This document shows positions 1-7,983 of a stretch of 64,000 nt of DNA, one piece after another. The stretch lies in the IMG/VR virus record IMGVR_UViG_3300009027_000005, positions 1,045 to 65,044 of that record; one strand, 5' to 3'. The translations under genes were made by a program, and so were the position numbers. The notes under the pieces are model-generated. The model was given only the letters and a program-made list of their open reading frames with translations. It was not told where the DNA came from and did not search any database. The stretch's first letter is position 1, and every line of letters begins with the position of its first letter. This stretch comes from a virus (taxonomy: Duplodnaviria; Caudoviricetes).

Positions 1-2
1 TA

Positions 3-104
3 TATGCAGGACAACAGAATTATGATAATCCTAGCGCAAGATTGTTTAATGGGGCAAGCGATCAACTGCATAGAGATATGGTAAGACAGCAGTATGAAAA
101 ATAA
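3..104 (+). CDS. 3' end of a hypothetical protein (truncated by window edge)
   Basis: Open frame YAGQQNYDNPSARLFNGASDQLHRDMVRQQYEK ending TAA 102-104, just before the RBS of the next gene. Confidence 0.6.
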   Translation, partial: YAGQQNYDNPSARLFNGASDQLHRDMVRQQYEK

Positions 105-115
105 AGGAGAGGGCA

Positions 116-679
116 ATGGCTGACAAAGACTTAGGTGAAAGCCTAGAAAATTTAGAAGAGGGCATAGAAAATCTAAAGAACAAAGAGTTCCGTGTCCTTG
201 GATTTAAAGTAACATTTATGAGTGTTACTGCACTAGTAACTGTAATAGGTACTGTACTAGGATCTCTTTACGGTGGCTTCTTGATGTATCAAAAGATAGA
301 AGAAGCAATTGCCTTTGTAGATCAACAGCAAGAGTATCAAGAGCTAATGGCAGGTTATGATGACAGAATGACTATCATTGAAACCAAACTTGAAGAAGCA
401 GTAGGTTACACAAACGAAATTAAAAACGACCTAAAAGGTGATATACGCAGAATAGAAGGTGTAGTTGACACAGTTGAACGTACATCAAAAGAAACTACTA
501 GAGATGTGCAAACTGACATTAGAGCATTTAGAACAGAAATGAAAACTCTAGATAGAGAACTACGTGAAGACCTAAAAGTGCAGGACAAAGATGTTCGTGA
601 CAGAATGGATCAAGTTGAGGCTGACTTAACTGAAAAACTACAAGAGGCACTTGACAACCCATTAAACGATATGAAGTAA
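116..679 (+). CDS. Single-pass membrane protein with long coiled-coil C-terminus
   Basis: AGGAG RBS; hydrophobic segment FMSVTALVTVIGTVLGSLYGGFLMY followed by heptad-rich charged helix. Confidence 0.7.
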   Translation: MADKDLGESLENLEEGIENLKNKEFRVLGFKVTFMSVTALVTVIGTVLGSLYGGFLMYQKIEEAIAFVDQQQEYQELMAGYDDRMTIIETKLEEAVGYTNEIKNDLKGDIRRIEGVVDTVERTSKETTRDVQTDIRAFRTEMKTLDRELREDLKVQDKDVRDRMDQVEADLTEKLQEALDNPLNDMK

Positions 680-777
680 TGTGGAGTCATAGAGACACAA
701 CAGCAATGCACTACATATGGCTATTTGTCATATTGCTTGCAATTCTAGGCAGCACTGTAGTTGTATTTTTAGGCTAA
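679..777 (+). CDS. 32-aa membrane peptide (below ORF-track cutoff)
   Basis: TAATG coupling with the upstream stop; MWSHRDTTAMHYIWLFVILLAILGSTVVVFLG* has one clear TM helix. Confidence 0.55.
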   Translation: MWSHRDTTAMHYIWLFVILLAILGSTVVVFLG

Positions 778-802
778 ATATCCAAAGACAAGAAAGGGCT
801 TT

Positions 803-1345
803 ATGTCAAAACTATTAGCATTTTTATGTGCAAGCGTTATCCTATCCGCTTGTGGAGCAGAAATAAAAGATTCTAAACCTTTGCTAACAGCAGCAGAAAA
901 ATTAGGACTAGAAGAACGTAGAGACAGGGCAGAACTACGTGAGTACACTGGTGTAGATCCTGTGCGTACAGAATGGTGTGCAGCGTTTGTTAATGCAGTT
1001 CTTAACGAAAGCAGAATACCAGGAAGCGAAAGCGTAAGTGATGTTCCGCTAATGGCACGTTCATTTTTAAAATGGGGCAACACAGTATCTAAAGAAGACA
1101 TTCGACCAGGAGATCTTGTTGTATTTCCGAGAGGCAATGTAGGATGGCAAGGACACGTTGGATTTTATATTAGAACAATAGATCGTAACGGTGTTCCTTA
1201 CTATGCTATACTTGGCGGCAATCAACGCAACAAGGTGTCAATTGATTTGTATCGTGCTAATCGTGCGTTAGGCATAAGAAGATCTGAACAGCAAGTTAGC
1301 ATTCCTACCGAGCTAGATGATTTAACGGTTGACAAAGTACAATAA
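803..1345 (+). CDS. TIGR02594-type NlpC/P60/CHAP-like cell-wall peptidase with lipoprotein signal
   Basis: WCAAFVN (catalytic Cys), GHVGF (His) and LGGNQ motifs; N-terminal lipobox ILSA-C. Confidence 0.8.
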   Translation: MSKLLAFLCASVILSACGAEIKDSKPLLTAAEKLGLEERRDRAELREYTGVDPVRTEWCAAFVNAVLNESRIPGSESVSDVPLMARSFLKWGNTVSKEDIRPGDLVVFPRGNVGWQGHVGFYIRTIDRNGVPYYAILGGNQRNKVSIDLYRANRALGIRRSEQQVSIPTELDDLTVDKVQ

Positions 1346-1361
1346 TTGTGTATAATAAATA
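1329..1361 (+). promoter_or_regulatory. sigma70-type promoter overlapping a TAAATA late-promoter box
   Basis: TTGACA(1329)-16 nt-TATAAT(1351), with TAAATA at 1356-1361. Confidence 0.7.
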
Positions 1362-1414
1362 ATGTGGGCAATTTGTCCATATTTCTAATCTGCAGACAGA
1401 CACAGGAGAATTTT

Positions 1415-1948
1415 ATGATTGAAGGATTTAAGTTACCACATGTAACATTTAAAACACGGGTGCGTGATGAAAGTATTGGCGGCGATAACCCTTATCGTTG
1501 GGAAGATAAAACTACAGACGATTACTTTAAAGGTAAGCGTGTAGTACTATTTTCACTCCCTGGAGCGTTCACGCCAACTTGTTCTACTTACCAGCTTCCG
1601 GGCTTTGAAGAAAACTACGATAATATTCGTAACCAAGACATCGATGAAATTTATTGTATGAGTGTTAACGATGCATTTGTTATGAATGCTTGGGCAAAGT
1701 CACAAGACATACAAAATGTAAAAGTTATTCCAGATGGCTCAGGCAACTTTACTCGCTTTATGGGTATGTTGATTGGAAAGAACCATTTAGGCTTTGGTAA
1801 CCGTTCTTGGCGTTATATGGCAATCATTAACGATGGTTTTGTTGAAAAGTGGTGGCAAGAACCTGGCATTAACAACGATGGCACCGATGATGATCCATAT
1901 GTAGAATCAACACCAGAAAATTGCATAAAATATCTTGAAAATAGATAA
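1415..1948 (+). CDS. Peroxiredoxin (Prx5/redoxin type)
   Basis: FSLPGAFTPTCS active site, SVNDAFVM, RSWRY; start moved to ATG 1415 behind AGGAG. Confidence 0.92.
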   Translation: MIEGFKLPHVTFKTRVRDESIGGDNPYRWEDKTTDDYFKGKRVVLFSLPGAFTPTCSTYQLPGFEENYDNIRNQDIDEIYCMSVNDAFVMNAWAKSQDIQNVKVIPDGSGNFTRFMGMLIGKNHLGFGNRSWRYMAIINDGFVEKWWQEPGINNDGTDDDPYVESTPENCIKYLENR

Positions 1949-2633
1949 AGCACTTATAATTCGCAGACTCCAAGTTCCATTATCTATGGAATATGCACAA
2001 ATTTGTGCGGAGTCTTGCGAAAAATATAATCTTCCGTACGAATTTATAGATGCAGTTGAGTTTTTAAACTGCAAAAAAGCATTTCAATCTGTAGGAACCT
2101 ACAAAAACGGAAATTATCATATAAGAGATGGCAACTGTTGTTGTCATGCATCACATATAAAGTGTTGGAAACGGATTATTGAATTAAACAAAGCATGTAT
2201 AATTTTAGAACATGATGCAGTAGTAAAGGGTAATGTATGTAATATTGATATACCTGATATGGCTACAGTAACGTTCGGTCATAGAGTTGGTAGTATTGAT
2301 GACTATAGTCCACCAGAAGAAGCATACAAATTAGTAAGAATAAAAAGATCATTAGGTGTACATGCTTGTGGCTTAACACCTATAAGTGCAAAATGGTTAT
2401 GGGAACATGCAAGAGACAACGGAGTAAAAGCAGAAGTTGATCATTTATTAATGATGAGACCTCCTACACTATTACCGTTGTATGTATGTGAACCACCTCA
2501 AGTAGTATGTTGGGAAAGAGTTTCTACTTCTAAATTTACAAAAGATAATCACATAGATGATAGACCTAATGAAACTATAAAAGTTTTTCCAGAATCTATT
2601 ACTGAAGGCTGGAAAAAAGGCAAAAAAATATAA
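1935..2633 (+). CDS. Glycosyltransferase family 25-like
   Basis: CHASHIKCW followed by IILEHDA, matching the GT25 CxxSHxxxW...ILEDD pattern. Confidence 0.65.
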   Translation: MKIDKALIIRRLQVPLSMEYAQICAESCEKYNLPYEFIDAVEFLNCKKAFQSVGTYKNGNYHIRDGNCCCHASHIKCWKRIIELNKACIILEHDAVVKGNVCNIDIPDMATVTFGHRVGSIDDYSPPEEAYKLVRIKRSLGVHACGLTPISAKWLWEHARDNGVKAEVDHLLMMRPPTLLPLYVCEPPQVVCWERVSTSKFTKDNHIDDRPNETIKVFPESITEGWKKGKKI

Positions 2634-2641
2634 AAAAATGG

Positions 2642-2669
2642 TTGACTTTTATTTGTAAGATGTTATATT
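2642..2669 (+). promoter_or_regulatory. sigma70-type promoter with extended -10
   Basis: TTGACT(2642)-16 nt-TATATT(2664) preceded by TGn. Confidence 0.65.
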
Positions 2670-2674
2670 AATAA

Positions 2675-2882
2675 TATAACAAGACGTTGTTATACGGGTT
2701 GGCGCTAATAATTTCCAATCTAGAGGAAATAGGCGCACTTGGTTAGGGGTAGTGCCCGGCATGTACTACAGAGATGTAGAGTATGCTAACTGCGATACTA
2801 AGCAGAACCGAGGTTCTAGGCGTAACAGATGAAAGGTATCTAGACGCATAGTTGGAGGTAAACCCAAGTCCTTCACCCACCC
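2675..2882 (+). ncRNA. Unclassified ~200-nt multi-hairpin ncRNA
   Basis: GC-richer intergenic block between a promoter and a terminator; at least seven hairpins, including CTACA-GAGA-TGTAG; no credible ORF. Confidence 0.65.
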
Positions 2883-2889
2883 TTATTTT

Positions 2890-2915
2890 AAAGCCCGCCA
2901 CTGTGCGGGCTTTTT
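2890..2915 (+). terminator. Rho-independent terminator
   Basis: AAAGCCCGC-cactgt-GCGGGCTTT followed by a T run. Confidence 0.85.
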
Positions 2916-2925
2916 CCTTTTGTGA

Positions 2926-3013
2926 TAAATACTTGTGTCTAATAGTGTGCCGCAAGGCGGACTTATGCTGTACCCGCAGCGTAGACCTAGAACGTCAAAT
3001 AAGGAGAAAAACA
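2926..3013 (+). promoter_or_regulatory. Late promoter plus structured 5' leader
   Basis: TAAATA at 2926; hairpins GCC-GCAA-GGC, TATGCTG/CAGCGTA and GAC/GTC before the AAGGAG RBS. Confidence 0.6.
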
Positions 3014-3397
3014 ATGGGAAGACCAATAAACAAAAGAAAAATAGGCCAAGGCTTAGGAAAAATTGAAGTATCAACTGTAAAATTTGCAGCAGGTGGTGAA
3101 GTAACTAATGCATGGATTGTTTCGCAACGATCATCAAATAAATTTATTGTATCAGACGGTACTAAAACTGAAACATGTACACTAGTTAACAAAGCATCAG
3201 GTGCATTAGGTGCTAGCGAATTTAATATTAATGCTGTATTGGACGACTCTACTGTTGTACAAGTTACTAAACTTTATAATAGAAAGATTCAATACGAAGC
3301 AGGCACAACTGATGTAGATACTATAAAGTATAATGTTGGACCAGGCGACGAAAACGATGATGCATCAGGAACAGCAACAGTTCCGGTTCAAGACTAA
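3014..3397 (+). CDS. Probable virion structural protein
   Basis: ATG 3014 (MGRPINKRK) behind TAAGGAG; beta-rich; first gene of the late structural block. Confidence 0.7.
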   Translation: MGRPINKRKIGQGLGKIEVSTVKFAAGGEVTNAWIVSQRSSNKFIVSDGTKTETCTLVNKASGALGASEFNINAVLDDSTVVQVTKLYNRKIQYEAGTTDVDTIKYNVGPGDENDDASGTATVPVQD

Positions 3398-3409
3398 TAG
3401 GAATAGTAA

Positions 3410-4363
3410 ATGTCAAAATACGTAAAAACCAGTGGTGATTTTACGATAAAGACATCTTCTGGTGGTACCATAAAATTGGACACAGGCGGTGAAGTGGGTT
3501 TAGTTTGGGTAACCGGCGACCTACGAGTCCAAGGTACCACCACTACTGTTCAATCAACTGATGTAACAATAACCGACAACATAATAGAATTAAATTCTGG
3601 CGAAACATCAGGCGAAGTTACATTAGGTTCATCGGGTATAAGAATTGTTAGAGATGTAAATCCTGGCGCCGACGCTTATTGGGCGTATCACGACGATACT
3701 CCTGATTCTATAAATGGAAGAGGTTTATGGAGAGCACGACACGATAGCGGCGATTTTGTAGGTATTGCAACTAATTATATTAATACTAGCGGAAGTAATT
3801 TATATCTAATTAATTCTAATAGCGGTGTTGTTACAGTCGGAACAAGTCTTAATTATGAAAATAGAGTAACTGATCCTAATCACGTACCTAATAAAAAGTA
3901 TGTAGATGATTCTATTTCAACTGCATTTGCAACAGTTCTCTTACCACAAATTGGTGATGGTGTATTAACGCCGTCTGGTATTGTTGTAAGAGATGAAGAA
4001 ACTAGCGGTGTAGATAGTCGTATTGATTTTTCAATCGATAGTGCAGTAGTTGCTCAATTATATTCTGATGGTTTTGAATTTACAGATATTAGAATCAGTG
4101 GAACAACAATCGAAACAATAACCACTGATGCCGACGATTTACTTTTAAGAGCGTGGGGCGACGGTTCTGTTAGAATTGAAGACACATTGTTAATTAATAA
4201 AGTGCCTTCGGGATATACTCCTAGTGTTCCAGACGACGGTGTTAAAGTGTATACATCAAATGAATACTCAGGAAAAACAGGAATATATTTCGTAAATGAG
4301 AACGAAACTAGAGATGAATTAGTAAGTAAAAATAGATCTTTACTTTTTAGTATGATATTTTAA
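3410..4363 (+). CDS. Tail fibre-like structural protein
   Basis: GDLRVQGTTTTV, DNIIELNSGE and NKKYVD fibre-shaft motifs; hydrophobic C-terminus LLFSMIF. Confidence 0.65.
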   Translation: MSKYVKTSGDFTIKTSSGGTIKLDTGGEVGLVWVTGDLRVQGTTTTVQSTDVTITDNIIELNSGETSGEVTLGSSGIRIVRDVNPGADAYWAYHDDTPDSINGRGLWRARHDSGDFVGIATNYINTSGSNLYLINSNSGVVTVGTSLNYENRVTDPNHVPNKKYVDDSISTAFATVLLPQIGDGVLTPSGIVVRDEETSGVDSRIDFSIDSAVVAQLYSDGFEFTDIRISGTTIETITTDADDLLLRAWGDGSVRIEDTLLINKVPSGYTPSVPDDGVKVYTSNEYSGKTGIYFVNENETRDELVSKNRSLLFSMIF

Positions 4364-4372
4364 GGAACAACA

Positions 4373-4738
4373 ATGGCAATAATAAATGCGCAATTAAAAA
4401 CAACTCCTACAGAAATACTCGACCCAACAGGTGTAGGAGTACCTGTAGGCGCAGTTCCTACAGGTAAATCATATGCAATAACAAATATATTAGTTTGTAA
4501 TACAAATTTAACAGATGATGCAACTTTTGATATGCATCTTATACCTTCAGGCGATCCTTTAGACAACGCAGTTACAGCAGTTGTTAGAAGTTTAACTCTC
4601 CCCCCAGGAGAAACTTTTACGTTTGATTCAGAAAGAATAATTTTAGAAGAAGGTGATAAAATTAGTTTTGTTGCAACACCAGATATAGGCAGCGGCTTAA
4701 CTAATCTTGCAGCAACAGTAAGTTATTTGGAAGTATAA
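4373..4738 (+). CDS. Small fibre adaptor/connector protein (paralog 1)
   Basis: Aligns by eye with 11327-11656 and 21933-22253 (i.v.N...lPp.....iiL....i....SY.E). Confidence 0.6.
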   Translation: MAIINAQLKTTPTEILDPTGVGVPVGAVPTGKSYAITNILVCNTNLTDDATFDMHLIPSGDPLDNAVTAVVRSLTLPPGETFTFDSERIILEEGDKISFVATPDIGSGLTNLAATVSYLEV

Positions 4739-5316
4739 TGAGATTATTAAAAGCACAGAACACAAATCTTAGAAGTATTACTGGCAAAGGCGTTAAATAT
4801 GACGTTGACGATCAAGTAATAGTCGATAGTGAACGTGCTATGGTTGTTCCAAAAGGGCCTTACAACGAACAACCTGGATTTGCAGGCGATTTTACTTATC
4901 CTGCTGTTATTACCGCAGCAAACGAAGGACAAATTAGATATAATACAACAGACAATCAATTAGAGGCATATCAAAACGGGGCTTGGAGAGAAATAAGATT
5001 CAAAGAGCCTAATCAAGATCCTGGAATAGTTTGGCAAAACCTAGGTGTTGGTGATGCAACTGAAACTGTATTCGGGGAATTAAACAGCGGAGATGCAGAT
5101 TATCCATATCCAGAATCAGCAGAGCATATTATTGTTCTTATAGAGAACGTTATCCAAATACCTGTTACAAACTATGAAATAAAACAAACAGCACAAGTTG
5201 ATCTAACAGGTCCAAATGCTCCTTATACAGCAACTGGAACAGGTTGGTGGATTGAATTTACAAGTGCAGTTCCATTAGGCAAACCTGTAACCGTAATCCA
5301 CAACTTAGACAAATAA
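4738..5316 (+). CDS. Tail/baseplate-associated structural protein
   Basis: vPkG...GQIRYNTTDNQLEAYQNGAW motif shared with neighbouring fibre proteins. Confidence 0.6.
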   Translation: MRLLKAQNTNLRSITGKGVKYDVDDQVIVDSERAMVVPKGPYNEQPGFAGDFTYPAVITAANEGQIRYNTTDNQLEAYQNGAWREIRFKEPNQDPGIVWQNLGVGDATETVFGELNSGDADYPYPESAEHIIVLIENVIQIPVTNYEIKQTAQVDLTGPNAPYTATGTGWWIEFTSAVPLGKPVTVIHNLDK

Positions 5317-5343
5317 AATAAATACAGTATCGGGAGATACTGA

Positions 5344-7824
5344 ATGGCAGAACCACAAAATGGCAGAATTGGCGGCGGCGTATTAGCAGATAACCTGTTA
5401 CGTAACGGCATTGACCTTAAATTTTATCAATCGTCAGGATTAGTTGCTGAGCCTATACCTTTATTACACTTAGATGTAAACAATAGTAGAATTGGCGTAA
5501 ACATAGACGGTCCTGGCTTTGACCTAGAAACTCCTGTCGATTTAAGAAGTACAAACTTAATTGCAACAACAACGACTATAGATAATTTTGATATAGCAAA
5601 CAGTAGAATAGATTATTTTACTGGTGCTGATCTATTATTATCTTCAAACTCTACAATTGAAGCAACTAGTATTGCTACAGACGATCTATTATTTGATTAT
5701 AACACAGTAAGTTCAAGAACTGCTAATACAAATATTGAACTACGTCCGGATGGTACTGGTGAAATAAACATAAGATCTAATTGGAATAGCACTGGCGATA
5801 TACATGCAACTGGAGATATTACATTCGGAGGAAATCTTACACTTGGTGATAACGATACTGACAATGTAACCTTTAATGCAGATTTAGATAGTAGTCTTAT
5901 TCCAGACGCTAATAACACATATCAACTAGGTAATACAGCAAAAAGATGGTTAAACTTATATAGTAATTTATTAAACGGTCAAAGAGTAACTGTAGGAAGT
6001 TTTTCAGTTAGCGATACTAGTTTAGCAGTAAGACAAGGTAATATTTTTTATGTTAGTACATTAGGTGACGACACAAATGTAGGAGATCATCAACACGGTG
6101 CTTTTAGAACACTAAAACATGCGTTAGATGTAGTAGATGCAAGTTCAGCAGGCCCAGTTACAATACATATTTTTCCAGGAGAGTATGAGGAAGAATTTCC
6201 GTTAACTATTCCGCCAAACACAAGTATTCGTGGTGAAGATATAAGAAATACTATTATCAAACCTACAGTTGCAACACAAGACAAAGATGCATTCCTTATG
6301 GAAGGCAATACAACTATTGCTGATATTACTATAAAAGATTTTTATTACGATAGCGTAGGAGACACAGGTTACGCCTTTCGATTTACTCCAAATGGATTAG
6401 TAAATGAAAGAAGCCCATATATTAGAAATGTAACTGTTATTACACAAGGTAGTGTAACAAGTGCAAGTGATCCTAGAGGGTTTTTGGAGGGAGATGCAGG
6501 CAAAGGCGCATTAATAGACGGAAATGAATTAAACAGTTTAACTATTGAAGGTAGTATGTTGTTTCATAGTGTAACTTTTATTACTCCAGGTGTTGATTGT
6601 ATTACAATGACAAATGGTACAAGAGTTGAATGGCTTAATTGTTTTACATATTTTGCAAATAGAAGTTTATATGCTACGCAAGGAGCAGACGGGCTAGGCG
6701 GCAACGGAGTTCGTTACGGAGCAGAAGTCCGTTCAATTGGAAGTGCCAGTATCTATGGTAATTACGGTGCAGTAGCAGATGGCGCAGATACATTAATGTA
6801 TTTAATAGGTCATAACTTTGCATATGTAGGTACAGCAAATGATGTATCTAATGATGCAACATTAGTTATAGAAGAAAATGAAGCTGTTGAACTAAATGAC
6901 GGCGCAATACATTTTACTAGTACAAATGCAGCTGGAAAATTTAAAGTAGGAAATTCATTTTTTGCAGATTTTGAAACAGGCACTACAAGTATAGATGCCA
7001 CTGGTGTAGATTTTTCAGGATTAAGTGAAATAGTTGTTAGAAATGGATTAGAAAGAACGTTTATTGATGGCACACGCATAGATACTGGAAATATTAGAAT
7101 AAGTGGAAACACAATAGATACTATTGACGGACAACTTATACTAAGCCCAGTTACAGAAATTATTAATACTTCGTCTAACGACGGATTTGTATTGAGCAAT
7201 GGCAACGATAACGAAAGAACCGATGTAGAAGGATCTATTAGATTTAATACAGATACAAATTTATTTGAAGGGTTTTCAACAGGTAATTTAAGTTTTGGCG
7301 GTGTTTATTCTGATGATAGAAATACTAGTGTAACAGCTCATAACACAAATAATAGTTTAATTTTTACAGGCGGAAGTGCAACAACTGGTGTACTAGACAA
7401 TTCAACATTTACTCTGTTAGGATTATCAGATGGAGATGTTTTATTTGATACAAATGTAATAGAAACTACATTGAGTAATAGCGATTTAGAAATACTCCCT
7501 AATGGTACAGGAATAGTTGCTCCTTTTGATTTAGAAATTTTTAGCGAAACTATATCTAACACAACAGATAATTTAATGGTTATTACTGCTGAAGGTAGAG
7601 GTTATATTAAATTTGATTCAACTACAGGATTAGTTGTTCCAAACGGTACAACTTTACAACAAAACCCTTCACCCGAAACTGGTGAAACAAGATATAATTC
7701 TCAAGAAGGTTATATGGAAACATGGAACGGATCTGCATGGCAACGGTCTGCAGGTGAAGGCGAAGAAGTTACTGAAGATCTCCTCAAAGAACTAGTTGAT
7801 ATTTATACATTAGTTCTTGGTTAA
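5344..7824 (+). CDS. Tail fibre/spike protein with beta-helix-like core (paralog of 7984-11322)
   Basis: YVSTLGDD, TIHIFPGEYEE, SPYIRNVTVIT and RYN...E.W motifs. Confidence 0.75.
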   Translation: MAEPQNGRIGGGVLADNLLRNGIDLKFYQSSGLVAEPIPLLHLDVNNSRIGVNIDGPGFDLETPVDLRSTNLIATTTTIDNFDIANSRIDYFTGADLLLSSNSTIEATSIATDDLLFDYNTVSSRTANTNIELRPDGTGEINIRSNWNSTGDIHATGDITFGGNLTLGDNDTDNVTFNADLDSSLIPDANNTYQLGNTAKRWLNLYSNLLNGQRVTVGSFSVSDTSLAVRQGNIFYVSTLGDDTNVGDHQHGAFRTLKHALDVVDASSAGPVTIHIFPGEYEEEFPLTIPPNTSIRGEDIRNTIIKPTVATQDKDAFLMEGNTTIADITIKDFYYDSVGDTGYAFRFTPNGLVNERSPYIRNVTVITQGSVTSASDPRGFLEGDAGKGALIDGNELNSLTIEGSMLFHSVTFITPGVDCITMTNGTRVEWLNCFTYFANRSLYATQGADGLGGNGVRYGAEVRSIGSASIYGNYGAVADGADTLMYLIGHNFAYVGTANDVSNDATLVIEENEAVELNDGAIHFTSTNAAGKFKVGNSFFADFETGTTSIDATGVDFSGLSEIVVRNGLERTFIDGTRIDTGNIRISGNTIDTIDGQLILSPVTEIINTSSNDGFVLSNGNDNERTDVEGSIRFNTDTNLFEGFSTGNLSFGGVYSDDRNTSVTAHNTNNSLIFTGGSATTGVLDNSTFTLLGLSDGDVLFDTNVIETTLSNSDLEILPNGTGIVAPFDLEIFSETISNTTDNLMVITAEGRGYIKFDSTTGLVVPNGTTLQQNPSPETGETRYNSQEGYMETWNGSAWQRSAGEGEEVTEDLLKELVDIYTLVLG

Positions 7825-7860
7825 AAACGCTCCTTATCAACCATAATTCATAAGATTAGA

Positions 7861-7983
7861 TAAATATTATTAATGCAGTACAGCGACCATTGTATTGCAG
7901 GGTCAGACTGTGGTTAACCAGCAAAGAGCCGTGAGGCTGAGAATTTGGCTAGAGGGACAGGATCCCCGTATTGAGGAGAAGAG
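7861..7983 (+). promoter_or_regulatory. Late promoter plus structured leader with possible pseudoknot
   Basis: TAAATA at 7861; TGCAGTACA/TGTATTGCA stem whose GACC loop can pair with downstream GGTC; AGCC-GTGA-GGCT; GGGA/TCCC; then GAGGAG RBS. Confidence 0.6.

Noticed and set aside
2850-2882. tRNA/tmRNA-like 3' end in the ncRNA
   Set aside because: No TTC T-loop consensus, no 7-bp acceptor stem, no CCA and no tag ORF; no tRNA was found in the window
2743-3074. Short ORFs over the ncRNA region and the 54-codon upstream extension of the 2852 ORF
   Set aside because: The extension crosses a terminator, the RBS is at 3000-3006, and the region is better explained as structured RNA
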